From IMG/VR virus record IMGVR_UViG_3300024988_000002, positions 1-63,699 of that record: a DNA stretch of 63,699 nt; one strand, written 5' to 3'. Origin of the DNA: a virus. Lineage: Duplodnaviria; Caudoviricetes. Numbering within the stretch: position 1 is the stretch's first letter; every line of letters starts with the position of its first letter. The notes under the pieces are model-generated. The model had not been told where the DNA came from, did no database searches, and worked only from the letters and a program-made list of their open reading frames with translations. Made by a program: the position numbers and the translations under genes. This document shows positions 1-10,245 of the stretch, one piece after another.

Positions 1-964
<964 letters not shown>

Positions 965-1675
965 TTAACCGCCCCAGTCATTGCCATTGCCGTAAGTCGG
1001 CACGCCGCCCTTCTGCGAGACCGAACGGAACGATTGTGGGAAGCGCCATGCGCTGGCGCCCCTGGTGTTCGCCCGCAGCGCCGCCGAGCGGGCATTCGCG
1101 ACAAACTGGCGGAATTTGGCGAGGTTGTATTTCGCCCCAACCAAATCGCTAAAGCTCTTGTTCTTCTGGTTCTGCAGCATGCCGAGGATGCCGGCCTTGA
1201 TCGCGAGATGCCATTTCTGCAGCACCCAAGCCGGCGCGATGGGGAGGTTGTCGCGCGTCAGCGGCAGCGAGACCGTCTTCGTGACATAGACGGTGTACTG
1301 TTGCGCCTGGTTAGGCGTGTCCTGCAGCAGCACGACAGCGTCGCTGTTCCCCATTTGCGTCGGCGCGGTGCCGCTCATGGGAAGTAGCGCACGAACCGGG
1401 CTTCCGTTTGCGTTGCAGACGCCGTCGAGGGCGATGATCTGGCCTTCGGTGGCCGCGATCGGATAGGACAGCGCCTGCTCCCAACCTTGCGGCGTGGTGG
1501 GCTGCGACGCCGGCGGTGTTACGTTAATTGTCAGTTCTTCCTTCCAGCACGATGTGTCGCGAAAGAACTCGTCCAGCGTCTCGAACAGCGCCGACTTCAA
1601 CAGCGCTTCCGATACGCCGGTGAGCTCGACCCGGCACTGGTTGAACACCGTGTTCACGTCATTGGGGTTGAGCAT
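965..1675 (-). CDS. Putative head-tail adaptor / tail tubular protein
   Basis: 236 aa; position downstream of the capsid gene; EFFRDTSCW and AIKAGILGML segments resemble podophage adaptors. Confidence 0.55.
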   Translation of the reverse strand: MLNPNDVNTVFNQCRVELTGVSEALLKSALFETLDEFFRDTSCWKEELTINVTPPASQPTTPQGWEQALSYPIAATEGQIIALDGVCNANGSPVRALLPMSGTAPTQMGNSDAVVLLQDTPNQAQQYTVYVTKTVSLPLTRDNLPIAPAWVLQKWHLAIKAGILGMLQNQKNKSFSDLVGAKYNLAKFRQFVANARSAALRANTRGASAWRFPQSFRSVSQKGGVPTYGNGNDWGG

Positions 1676-1677
1676 CT

Positions 1678-2085
1678 TTAGGCCCCCTGCCGCGGCGGCG
1701 TGATCATGTTCTTGCCGGTGAGGATGTTGGACATGATGTTGAGGAACGCGACCGCGCGTTCGTCCTGCACATCTTCCTGGTCGCGCTCGATCGCGTGCGC
1801 CACCATGCCGTGGAGGAACGCTAGACGAAACTGCTGCTCAATCGGCACAACGGTGCCATCGTTGACGTGGTAGGCCGCCACCGCGCCGCCGCAGCGGTCG
1901 TTGAACACGAATAGGTCCGCACGCAGCCGGCGCCCTTCCAGGAGGGCGACGTTCAACGCCGTGAGCAAACTCGTGTCGTCGTAGCGATACGGCGCAATCT
2001 GGTCCTGCAGCAACACGCGCGCGTCCGTGATGTAGTCGCTCACGGTGTCGAGCGTGGTGTTCGGTGCGGGGGTGATGAAGGCCAT
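1678..2085 (-). CDS. Putative head completion/adaptor protein
   Basis: 135 aa; N-terminal TVSDYITDARVLLQD...RYDDTSLLTALN pattern typical of phage adaptor proteins; synteny. Confidence 0.55.
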   Translation of the reverse strand: MAFITPAPNTTLDTVSDYITDARVLLQDQIAPYRYDDTSLLTALNVALLEGRRLRADLFVFNDRCGGAVAAYHVNDGTVVPIEQQFRLAFLHGMVAHAIERDQEDVQDERAVAFLNIMSNILTGKNMITPPRQGA

Positions 2086-2183
2086 TAGCGGTCCAGTCCA
2101 AGCGCGAGGTAGGTGGCGAACAAAACAACTACGATCCCCAGGACGAACCCGGTGCCGAGGGAGGTAATAGCGACTGCGAACAT
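2085..2183 (-). CDS. Small hydrophobic 32-aa membrane peptide (not in ORF track)
   Basis: MFAVAITSLGTGFVLGIVVVLFATYLALGLDR; GGGAG RBS; TAATG overlap with the next gene. Confidence 0.55.
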   Translation of the reverse strand: MFAVAITSLGTGFVLGIVVVLFATYLALGLDR

Positions 2184-2196
2184 CGGCGTTGCTCCC

Positions 2197-2233
2197 AAAG
2201 AAAAACCCCCGGCACCGTGGATGCCGGGGGCTT
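2197..2233 (-). terminator. Rho-independent terminator after major capsid gene
   Basis: Minus strand reads CCCCCGGCA-TCCACGG-TGCCGGGGG-TTTTTCTTT. Confidence 0.85.
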
Positions 2234-2253
2234 ACGACTTTGTATATTCAGAC

Positions 2254-3276
2254 CTAGCTGTTCGGCGTCACGACGCACTGCACGAGTGCTTTCCCATCAA
2301 CAACTTGGTAGCCATACACTTGGAGACCGCGAAGGATCTGACCGAATGTCAGTTCCGACCTTAAGGTCTCCACTTTACTGATTTGTGACGCGAAAGTCAA
2401 GCCGTGGGCGTGGCCCGCGAAGATCGGCCACTCGCCGGCAGCGAAGTTGGTGCTGTCGGTCGAGTTGTTCGGCAGCAGGTTCGAGATGTAGATCGTAAAC
2501 CGATCCACCATGCCGAGCCGGCCGTTGCGCAGCATCGAGACGGAGTCACCCGACAAGTAAGCCTGCCGCAGTTCGGACTGCTTGATCATGCGCCCGGCCC
2601 ACGCCGGCATGACCACCCAGCGGCCGACCTCCGGGATATTCTGCTCGTCGAGCACCTGGCCCATACGCATCAGAACATCGAGTAGCTCGATGTCGCCGGC
2701 ACCGGGGTTCTTGGACACCACCGAGAGCGGTGACGCCTTCGTGCCCAGGTTGATGTTGCCGGTGATGGCGCCGGCCGTCGCGCCCTGGTTTACGGCGGCC
2801 ATCTGGCCGACGATACCGTCGAGCACATCGCTGTCGACCGCGATCTTGAGCTGCTGCGCAGCGTCGTCGGACCACATCGACAGGACGTTCAGGTCGCTCT
2901 GAACCTCCATCACATCGTCAAGGACAAGCGAGAAATACTTGCCGTTGCCGATGTAGAGCTCGACCGTGCCACCAGTCGGGCGATCGAGCCCGAGCAGGCC
3001 GTCCGACTTGTAGTCGTGGATCGAGATCGTCGGCTTGGTGCGGATCTTGACGCGGTCGCCCGTGTTCTTGATCTCGCCCTCGTAGTCCGTGTTGCTGATG
3101 GCAGCGAGCACGGTCGAGGCATAGAACTTCTCGACGAGTTTGCCCGACCAGATCTCCGGGATGAAACCGGTGGCCTGGAGGTTGTTACCCGAGCTACCGG
3201 TGGGGTAGATCGCGGGCGAGGACGCGGACGTTGCGCCGGGAAAACCAGAAGAAGGAATGGACATTGAAGCCCCCAT
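2254..3276 (-). CDS. Major capsid protein (P22-coat-like family)
   Basis: FIPEIWSGKLVEKFY..TVLAAISNTDYEGEIKNTGDRVKIR and RGLQVYG motifs; follows the scaffold gene and is followed by a terminator. The start may be 3264. Confidence 0.9.
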   Translation of the reverse strand: MGASMSIPSSGFPGATSASSPAIYPTGSSGNNLQATGFIPEIWSGKLVEKFYASTVLAAISNTDYEGEIKNTGDRVKIRTKPTISIHDYKSDGLLGLDRPTGGTVELYIGNGKYFSLVLDDVMEVQSDLNVLSMWSDDAAQQLKIAVDSDVLDGIVGQMAAVNQGATAGAITGNINLGTKASPLSVVSKNPGAGDIELLDVLMRMGQVLDEQNIPEVGRWVVMPAWAGRMIKQSELRQAYLSGDSVSMLRNGRLGMVDRFTIYISNLLPNNSTDSTNFAAGEWPIFAGHAHGLTFASQISKVETLRSELTFGQILRGLQVYGYQVVDGKALVQCVVTPNS

Positions 3277-3322
3277 GTGTCGGGGGCTTCGCGGGTTTTA
3301 TGCTGTGCGGAAGAGCCCCCGG

Positions 3323-4360
3323 TTAAGACCGGACGCGCCCCTCGTTGCCTGCGGCGATCATGTCCGCTTCGAGCCGTGCCCAGTCGTTGTCACGACCAGC
3401 CCAGAGCCCGCGTCGGCGATCCGCGTAGTTCTTCGAGATTTGCGCGCGTGTGTAGATCGGCTTTTCCGCGGGCACATCGGATTGACCCGGTGCCGGCCTT
3501 GCCCTGCCAGGAGATGCGAGCGACCCCAGATCCATCGCAGGCTGTCGTGGAGCTGCCGGGGCCGGTGACGGTGCCGACAAATCCTGCTGACGCTGCGAAG
3601 TCGGGATCGTGCTACCCGTGGCCTTCGCTTCCGTGAGGAAGTCTTTGAACATCTGCACCACCACAGCGGCGTTCGCGGCTTGGTAGGCTTCGTTCAACAT
3701 CTGACGCCTAACCTGGCCAGTGTAGATGTTTCGTATAGACAGCCAGTGCGCAAACTCGGGGCTCCGATTGACGGCAACCCAGTTCGGAATTTTCTCCGCG
3801 AGCGCGGTCTGAATTTCGCGCTGAGCCGTTGTAACGACTCGCTTTTTCAGTTCGCTGTTCTCGTTACGCAGCGCGTCCAATTCAGGCTGAATAGCCTCTC
3901 GCGCGGCGCGTTGCGTCAGGTCGATCAGCTCGTGGCCGTAGGTGTCTTCGTCTTCCGGCGTGATCAACTTTGTGTGAGGTTGAGGATTATTCCGCGAGTC
4001 AGTCCGCGGCTGCGACGCATTTCGTGCGAGCAGCGCCTGCGTCTCCTGCAGCTCGCGTGCAAGCTGCGCGTTGATCTCGGACAGCTCGCCGTTCTGCTGC
4101 TGCGACGCTTTCCAACGCCCCTGCATCGACAGGAATTTCTGTTTGTACGAGTCGGAGTTCTCGTCTTCGGCGGGAGCCGCGTGGTGCGGCGCCGGTTCGG
4201 GCGCGGGCGCGGGCGCGGGTTCTGGCGCAGGTTCGGGCGCCGGCTCGGCGTAGACCTGCTTGTGGAGCGCGTCGGCGTTGTCGCCCTGTTCTCGGATATG
4301 CTTGGGGAGGACGACGCTCGGGTCGACCGAGCCGTCTGCGAGATGCTGTAGTTCTGCCAT
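3323..4360 (-). CDS. Capsid scaffolding/assembly protein
   Basis: Pro/Ala-rich N-terminus, coiled coil, PNWVAVN..PEFAHWL and C-terminal EGRV; immediately upstream of the capsid gene. Confidence 0.75.
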   Translation of the reverse strand: MAELQHLADGSVDPSVVLPKHIREQGDNADALHKQVYAEPAPEPAPEPAPAPAPEPAPHHAAPAEDENSDSYKQKFLSMQGRWKASQQQNGELSEINAQLARELQETQALLARNASQPRTDSRNNPQPHTKLITPEDEDTYGHELIDLTQRAAREAIQPELDALRNENSELKKRVVTTAQREIQTALAEKIPNWVAVNRSPEFAHWLSIRNIYTGQVRRQMLNEAYQAANAAVVVQMFKDFLTEAKATGSTIPTSQRQQDLSAPSPAPAAPRQPAMDLGSLASPGRARPAPGQSDVPAEKPIYTRAQISKNYADRRRGLWAGRDNDWARLEADMIAAGNEGRVRS

Positions 4361-4383
4361 TGGTTTGGTCTTTCCAGGGGTGG

Positions 4384-4623
4384 TTATGGTTGCTGGGAAG
4401 CAGCGAGCGGCTTCGGATTGCGAAGCACGTCGAACAGGACGAGCGTCTGTTTCGCTCGACCTTGGAGATTGAGGATCGCTTCCGCGGGGGCGTCAGTTAC
4501 CGCCACGGTAATTTCAGTCGCGTAGACCTCGAACGCGGACAAGAACGCCTGATAGCTTTCCGGGTCCGCGTTCCGGAGCACGAAGGCGAAATGCCTAAGA
4601 TGGTCGACGGCATGTGGCGTCAT
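4384..4623 (-). CDS. Hypothetical head-module protein
   Basis: 79 aa with LQGRA motif typical of small proteins upstream of podophage scaffold genes; overlaps the upstream stop. Confidence 0.6.
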   Translation of the reverse strand: MTPHAVDHLRHFAFVLRNADPESYQAFLSAFEVYATEITVAVTDAPAEAILNLQGRAKQTLVLFDVLRNPKPLAASQQP

Positions 4624-4826
4624 TCAGGAAGCCCCGGGAGACCGCTCGGCGGAGGAGCCGGCTGATCCGAGTCCGCCATCGGGGTCGCCTTGGCGTAAGA
4701 CTGGATGTTGGGGACGCCGCCGCCAGCGGAGGGGAGGAAGCGTTGCGACGAGCCCTTGTTCGGCGAGGAGTGCAACGTGCCCTTCTTGTGGACGCCGATC
4801 GGCGTCATATGCTTCTTGAACATCAC
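4620..4826 (-). CDS. Small basic hypothetical protein
   Basis: ATGA-coupled in the operon; K/G/P rich. Confidence 0.55.
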   Translation of the reverse strand: MMFKKHMTPIGVHKKGTLHSSPNKGSSQRFLPSAGGGVPNIQSYAKATPMADSDQPAPPPSGLPGLPE

Positions 4827-5044
4827 ATCCCCCTGAATGTCGGTCCGAACGGACTGGGCTGTCGCGAGCCGGCGGAAGGCTTTGAGCCCTTGCCGTAATC
4901 ACGGCGGCTTCGCATCGGCTTTGGTGCACCGCCGACGTTGGGCATCGCGGATGCGCCTGGCCCGAGCGCAGACGTCTGGTCGGGTTTCGGAGACGCCTTT
5001 GGCGCCCCCGGACCCTGCGATGTTCCTTTGATGCGGAACACCAT
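4823..5044 (-). CDS. Small basic hypothetical protein
   Basis: Coupled to both neighbours; K/R/G/P rich. Confidence 0.55.
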   Translation of the reverse strand: MVFRIKGTSQGPGAPKASPKPDQTSALGPGASAMPNVGGAPKPMRSRRDYGKGSKPSAGSRQPSPFGPTFRGM

Positions 5045-5289
5045 TATCGCGCGCTCGTGATACCGGCCTTCGCTGGCTCGCTCGCAGCGTAGCCGAACAT
5101 CTTGCCGGAACCGCCTTTGGCGAACTTGCCGCCATTGCCGGCCGAGTCATGCTCCGTCACGCCCGGCTTCTGCGAGCCCGCGGCGTCGCTCGGCGCGGTC
5201 GTGGTTCGATCGCCATGGCCGAACATCGGGGTGTTGCCGCCTTCGGCGAACTTGGCGTTCTTCTCGGTCTTCTTGGTGAAGTTGGCCAT
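5044..5289 (-). CDS. Small Gly/Lys-rich protein with two FA(E/K)GG..MFG repeats
   Basis: MANFTKKTEKNAKFAEGGNTPMFG...KFAKGGSGKMFG; GGAGG RBS. Confidence 0.65.
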   Translation of the reverse strand: MANFTKKTEKNAKFAEGGNTPMFGHGDRTTTAPSDAAGSQKPGVTEHDSAGNGGKFAKGGSGKMFGYAASEPAKAGITSAR

Positions 5290-5361
5290 AACGGCCCTCC
5301 GTGAAATAGGGGGATCAAATTGAACCACCCACTCGTGCGTGCAGGGCAGTTGCGACTTCGT

Positions 5362-5988
5362 TTATTGCTGGACTGCAACCATAAGGTCGCCGTCACGCGC
5401 CGGCAGATAGCGCTTCGGTTTGTCGAAGCACGACGCGATCTGGTTGACTGATTGCGTAACGCCAGGAACAACAACGCACGCCCCCGGCTTCGCCTGCAGG
5501 AACGCCTCCACCGCCTCGTTGACGTGGCACCAGGAACGGATCTGATCGCCGGAGCCGAAGATCGTGATCTCGTCCTGCGCTGCGCACTTCTCCATAAAGC
5601 TGTGGCCGCCATCGCCATAGACGTTCGGCAGGCGGACAACGGCGCAGCCGAAATAGCGGGCGTAGTCCTCGCACACGCGCTTGGAGATGGCGTAAGGGTT
5701 GACCGGGTAGTTCACCATGGCGCTGGACGCGAACACCACGCGATCGGTGTACCGCTCGAAGACCCGCAACGACCCTATGATGTTAGTGCTCGCGTCGCTT
5801 CGCGCATCCTTGCAATAGGCGTCGGTTTGCGCCGCGAGGTGATAGACCTGTTTCGCATCCGGAAGATCGCAGTCGCGAATATCCGTTCCACGCTTCAAGT
5901 CGATGCGATGGATGATCTCGCCGCGGCACTCAAGCCGCGCGCACAGATGTTTGCCGATGAACCCGTCGGCGCCGGTGACCACGATCAC
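5362..5988 (-). CDS. NAD-dependent epimerase/dehydratase (extended SDR, nucleotide-sugar)
   Basis: VVTGADGFIG Rossmann motif, HLAA, FASSA, YAISK (YxxxK), RLPNVYG; GTG start overlapping the upstream TGA. Confidence 0.9.
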   Translation of the reverse strand: MIVVTGADGFIGKHLCARLECRGEIIHRIDLKRGTDIRDCDLPDAKQVYHLAAQTDAYCKDARSDASTNIIGSLRVFERYTDRVVFASSAMVNYPVNPYAISKRVCEDYARYFGCAVVRLPNVYGDGGHSFMEKCAAQDEITIFGSGDQIRSWCHVNEAVEAFLQAKPGACVVVPGVTQSVNQIASCFDKPKRYLPARDGDLMVAVQQ

Positions 5989-6563
5989 AGCGGCTTCTCC
6001 AGGATCAGCAGGCGTTCGGCCTTGTGGGTTTGATACTCTGTCACTTGCATCTCCGAGTAGAGCGACAGCAGCACATCGACCATCGGCTTGAGCGTGCCCC
6101 CGGGGCACTTGTATGGGCACGACTCCTCGATCGCATAGACGCCGCCGGGGCGCAGCATCGGCCACAGCAGCCGGCAGAGATGGATCTGGGGGAGGGGGTC
6201 GTGCACCGCGTCGTCGCAGATGAAATCGAACTGTGGCCATCTGAACGCATGGAGCGCGTCGGCAAGGCTGCGTTCATCGTAGGCATCGCACAGCGCGGTA
6301 TGAATGCGCGGCTGATCGTTGAAGATGAACCGCGCATCATTGTCGACGCCATACACTTCCGCCTCGGGGAGATAATCCCGCCACGCGAACAGGCTGGCGC
6401 CGACGACATTGTTGGGGATGTCGCGGAAGCCGCAGATCCCGACTTCCAGCACACTCTTCACGCGGTCGCGATCGAGGTGCTTTTCATAAACGGGGGAGTA
6501 CCCCCACCCCCACGGGCCGCCTTTATCAGTGCCGTATTTTATAAAAAGATCATCCAGCAACAT
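5985..6563 (-). CDS. Class I SAM-dependent methyltransferase (sugar O-methyltransferase-like)
   Basis: KYGTDK, VLEVGI, GASL..WRDY, GVD, FDFICDDAVH, LRPGGVYAIEE motifs, resembling MycE/TylE-type sugar O-methyltransferases. Confidence 0.85.
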   Translation of the reverse strand: MLLDDLFIKYGTDKGGPWGWGYSPVYEKHLDRDRVKSVLEVGICGFRDIPNNVVGASLFAWRDYLPEAEVYGVDNDARFIFNDQPRIHTALCDAYDERSLADALHAFRWPQFDFICDDAVHDPLPQIHLCRLLWPMLRPGGVYAIEESCPYKCPGGTLKPMVDVLLSLYSEMQVTEYQTHKAERLLILEKPL

Positions 6564-6927
6564 TGTGTTTCTCCAGATATCTAATAAGCGCGCCAAGCCT
6601 CGGAATGCTTTCCTTCACATTGCCGAGCGCTTGATTGCAGCCGGCGCAGAGAATGCCGCGCACGACTTTCGTTTTGTGGCAGTGATCAGTGTGGCAGTTT
6701 TTGCCGACGCCCTTGAGCGGGTCGCCGCACGCAGCACACTGATATCCTTGCGCCGCAAGCATGGCATCTCGCTGCTCTAGCGTAACGCCGTACTTACGCT
6801 TGCATCCAGCACGCCTACGGTTGAGCTTTTCTCGCTCATGGTTGGCGTAGTAATTGCGCATGCGAGCGGCCTTCGCCCGCTCAGGGTGATCCTTCCGCCA
6901 TTTTGCGACCCGCTGTGCTGGGGTCAT
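6550..6927 (-). CDS. Endonuclease VII-family HNH endonuclease (free-standing)
   Basis: KYGVT..Q...CAAC...HTDHCHKTKVVRGILCAGCNQALG. Confidence 0.9.
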   Translation of the reverse strand: MTPAQRVAKWRKDHPERAKAARMRNYYANHEREKLNRRRAGCKRKYGVTLEQRDAMLAAQGYQCAACGDPLKGVGKNCHTDHCHKTKVVRGILCAGCNQALGNVKESIPRLGALIRYLEKHNVAG

Positions 6928-7583
6928 ACTGAGGCTCTAAAATTGCTGAACAGGCTGCCGTTGTGGTCAGCCGCGTACCAGTGGAATGGAAGTTTGGTTT
7001 TCTGCTCGACGCGGGCCCAGGTGTTGACTTCCCACTCGACGTTCTTGGTGCGTGCTGTGTGTTGCCTGGCGGCCACCCGACACTCGTAGTCGAGCTGGTC
7101 GACCATTTTGCGCGGCACCACGAGCACTGAGCCGCAGAACCGCCAACAGGGGTACGCGCTCTCGACCGCGAGCGGCCGGGGCCAACAGCCTGGGGCGTAG
7201 ATCGCATTGTCGTCGAGCCTGCTGACGAAGTCGGAAATTACCGTGGCGGTAACGCCGGGGAGGCGAAACACGCCGTAGTCGACCCAACACAGCACGTCCG
7301 CGTCAGCGTCTTCGTCGGCGGCCTGCACCAACCATGTCGTCTTCTGATGGTTGACGCAGTGGTAGGCGAGCGTGTTCTTCGCCGGGTTGTCGCCTTCGGA
7401 GACGCGCGGGATGTAGTCGAGACCGCGGACGTATTTCCACATCCAGGTGTCCTCGACGCGCTGGTAGAACGCCTTCTTGGGCACGGGTACGGCGCCGAGC
7501 AACTCGCCTAGCTTGCCATACTCGCCCGGACCGCGAGGGTGGCCGACGATCGGGATATAACCGGTAACGAGGCGCACCTTCAT
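6924..7583 (-). CDS. Putative glycosyltransferase, HtrL/YibB (WlaTC)-like
   Basis: LVTGY, NT..YHCVNHQK..W, WVDYG, CWRFCGS, WEVNTWA, WYAADHN pattern; translationally coupled to the GT2 gene. Confidence 0.65.
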   Translation of the reverse strand: MKVRLVTGYIPIVGHPRGPGEYGKLGELLGAVPVPKKAFYQRVEDTWMWKYVRGLDYIPRVSEGDNPAKNTLAYHCVNHQKTTWLVQAADEDADADVLCWVDYGVFRLPGVTATVISDFVSRLDDNAIYAPGCWPRPLAVESAYPCWRFCGSVLVVPRKMVDQLDYECRVAARQHTARTKNVEWEVNTWARVEQKTKLPFHWYAADHNGSLFSNFRASV

Positions 7584-9565
7584 CGGTCCAACTCCAGCAT
7601 CGCCGCAACATCGCCGGCGCTGACGGTCGCGAGCCAGGCGCTGCAGTCACGCTCGCCGAACGAAACAACCAGGTCGTCGTTCTGCTGCGCGAGGCCGGCG
7701 GCGAACTCGATCTGGACGTCGTGGAAGACGAACGGCAGCGACAAGCGCGGGTTGATAAGCTCCGCATCGAGCCAGGCGAACCGGTGCTGGTAGACCCGGC
7801 GCCCATGCGCTGGGTGCGCGATCGCTTCGTGGACGACCGTCAGATAGCCGCCCTTGAACGGGATGTAAGGACTGCCGCCGCTGATGTTGTCGACCGCGAA
7901 CCGGCAGGGGGTCTTCTGCTGCAGCGAACCGCGCTGGATCTTGTCCAGGCGATACATAAACGGAAGGCCCTTCGTCGGCCCAAGAACAGGCGCCCAGTTC
8001 TTCTCGCATTGGGTCGCGTCGCTGATTGCGCTCCATGACTCGACAAGGACCGTATTGGCGACCGGGTCGCGGCGGAGAAACCCGTGGACCTGCTGCGGTA
8101 TACCGCTGGGCGTCGTCTCGCGGGCGCAGGCAATGAACTGCCGCTCGCCCTGGTGCCAGAAGATCCGCATATCCTCCAGACCGATCACCATCGGAAACGC
8201 CGCCGGTGGCCGGTCCCACTGCACCTTGATCGGGTTGCGGCTCGACAGGTTGGGGCGGAGCTGCAGCAGCCAGTTCTCAGTCTCGATCGGCGCGTCCCAG
8301 CATCCTTTGGGCCCGATCATGTAGCGGCCATGCTCGTCGATGCGGTAGTTCACCGTGCGGAGGAGCAGCTCAAGGCCGCCGGCCGGCCGGTTCGTCACGC
8401 AGGGGTTCATCGCCGCAAACCCGGTGGGGGGCGTGAAGTCAACGACGCGGTCCCTGTAACTCGGGCAAAATGCTTTCAGCGGGCGCAGATAGAACACCAT
8501 GTTCGACCGTGCGTTGCCCCGGACCGGCTCTGGGACCTGCGGATCGAGCGCTAGGCCATTCGTGATGTGGAACGCGCGCTCGCGCGTCCGGGGGTCATAG
8601 TAGCCAGCGATCGAATACTCCTCGCGGAAACCCCAGTCGTAGACCCAGTTCTCGATAAACAGCCGGTCGTTCGGGCGCGGGATCGTGATGCCTTTCTCAG
8701 CGAACAGCATCGCGCCCGCGTTGTCCCCCTTCATTCGATAGTGTTTGGCAAGCGCATGCAGCGGCTCGGCACGGGTAGGGCGCATCTGATACGCCTTGAG
8801 CGTCGCGCTGAGGTATTCGTCTTCCTTACCCTGCTGCTCCAGGCAGTTGGCGAGATTAACCTGGGCCGTCCAGTCCTCTTCGTCCCAGGTCGGCAGCTCT
8901 AGCTTCCTGCGATAGCAACGCTCCGCTTCGGCGAACTGTCCGGCGTCGCGGTAGGTGTTGCCGAGATAGAACCAGGTGCGGCCGTTGTTCGGGTCGGTCT
9001 TGAGATCTTCCTCGAACAGGCGGATGTCACGTTCGAACTTCTCGCCGCGATTGGCGCCGTCCGCGTGGTCGATGAAGTGGACCCCGGTGAGCACGCCACT
9101 CGACGGCGCGTTCAGGTATTCATGCGTGACCCCGATATAGCGCGCGGTCGAGGACACCGCGAGAACACGGAGGTTGTTGTATGAATACGTGCCGGCGAGC
9201 TGCGGGATCTCGTAGGCTTCACCAGTGAGCCCGAAGAACGCGGCCGGGTCGCCGCGCAATTCCATATCCGCGTCGCACAGCAGAAAGTAATCGAACGGCG
9301 GCGCGTCCGGATGCTTGGACCAGCTTCGGGCGGCATCGAGCGCTTGGTTGCGGGCTTGTGAGAAATTCACGAACGCGCCGCGGGCCACAATGCCTTTGAC
9401 GCCGTTGTCATTACCCCACTTCTCAATGATCTCGACTGTGTCGTCGGTCGATCCGGTATCGAGGATGGCAAAGGACGCAATAGCGTCCTTGACACTGTCG
9501 AGCATACGCACAAGGCGAGCGCTCTCGTTGCGCACAATCGCGCACAAGCAAAGACTTTCTGGCAT
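7580..9565 (-). CDS. Glycosyltransferase family 2 + TPR + C-terminal beta-propeller-like domain
   Basis: LCAIVRNE, LDTGSTDDT, FSQARNQAL, DAD (DxD), GVTHE; TPR segments FYLGNTYRDAG and RPTRAEPL; C-terminal GLEDMR/EKNWAP/IEFAAGL. Confidence 0.9.
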   Translation of the reverse strand: MPESLCLCAIVRNESARLVRMLDSVKDAIASFAILDTGSTDDTVEIIEKWGNDNGVKGIVARGAFVNFSQARNQALDAARSWSKHPDAPPFDYFLLCDADMELRGDPAAFFGLTGEAYEIPQLAGTYSYNNLRVLAVSSTARYIGVTHEYLNAPSSGVLTGVHFIDHADGANRGEKFERDIRLFEEDLKTDPNNGRTWFYLGNTYRDAGQFAEAERCYRRKLELPTWDEEDWTAQVNLANCLEQQGKEDEYLSATLKAYQMRPTRAEPLHALAKHYRMKGDNAGAMLFAEKGITIPRPNDRLFIENWVYDWGFREEYSIAGYYDPRTRERAFHITNGLALDPQVPEPVRGNARSNMVFYLRPLKAFCPSYRDRVVDFTPPTGFAAMNPCVTNRPAGGLELLLRTVNYRIDEHGRYMIGPKGCWDAPIETENWLLQLRPNLSSRNPIKVQWDRPPAAFPMVIGLEDMRIFWHQGERQFIACARETTPSGIPQQVHGFLRRDPVANTVLVESWSAISDATQCEKNWAPVLGPTKGLPFMYRLDKIQRGSLQQKTPCRFAVDNISGGSPYIPFKGGYLTVVHEAIAHPAHGRRVYQHRFAWLDAELINPRLSLPFVFHDVQIEFAAGLAQQNDDLVVSFGERDCSAWLATVSAGDVAAMLELDR

Positions 9566-9606
9566 ATGGCTTCCTGGTTAGTTTGCTGGGGCCGAAGCCC
9601 CAGCGA

Positions 9607-10233
9607 TTAAACCGGCGGGTACGGAACGTCGTTGAGGCCGCCGGACGAGATCTTGAGCGCGCCGACACCAGTCGCCCCGCCCGGGTTCCAGACAGCGCCG
9701 GCGATAAACGGATCGCTCGCCGGCGGCTTCCAAACAGTTGTGACGGCAGGACCAGCGGGGCCGGTCGGACCGGTGCCGATATGCTGGCCATCGGCGAACA
9801 CCGCCGCGGTGGGCCCAGTCGGACCCGTAGCGCTCGCCGGCCCAGTAGGACCGCGGGGGCCGACAGACGAACCTGTCGGACCTTGCTGCCCGGTCGGGCC
9901 TGTGGCTCCGGCGGCGCCAGTGTTACCAGTCGGTCCTTTCGGCCCTACGCGCCCGGTGCTTCCAGTCGGGCCGGTGGTCGCGAGCGGGCCGGCGGGGCCG
10001 GTCGGGCCGAGGCCCTGTGGCCCTGTCGGTCCAGTCGTGCCGGCGGGGCCGGTCGCGCCTGTAGCAGTGCCCGTCGGCCCCGTGGGGCCGATGATGTCCT
10101 TGTCGTTGATCAGGTCGACAACCGCCTTAAGCACAACCGGAATTGCGCCATCGTCGTAGGTGTCCTTCGACGCCAGCGACGGGTCGAGCAGTTGTTTGCT
10201 GTTGAACGGATAACCGAGCGGTGAGTTCGCCAT
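9607..10233 (-). CDS. Collagen-like (GPT/GAT repeat) protein
   Basis: Long interrupted Gly-X-Thr repeat; C-terminal PPASDP..AGAVWN...LKISSG; GGAG RBS. Confidence 0.85.
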   Translation of the reverse strand: MANSPLGYPFNSKQLLDPSLASKDTYDDGAIPVVLKAVVDLINDKDIIGPTGPTGTATGATGPAGTTGPTGPQGLGPTGPAGPLATTGPTGSTGRVGPKGPTGNTGAAGATGPTGQQGPTGSSVGPRGPTGPASATGPTGPTAAVFADGQHIGTGPTGPAGPAVTTVWKPPASDPFIAGAVWNPGGATGVGALKISSGGLNDVPYPPV

Positions 10234-10245
10234 TCGCTCCTCCTA

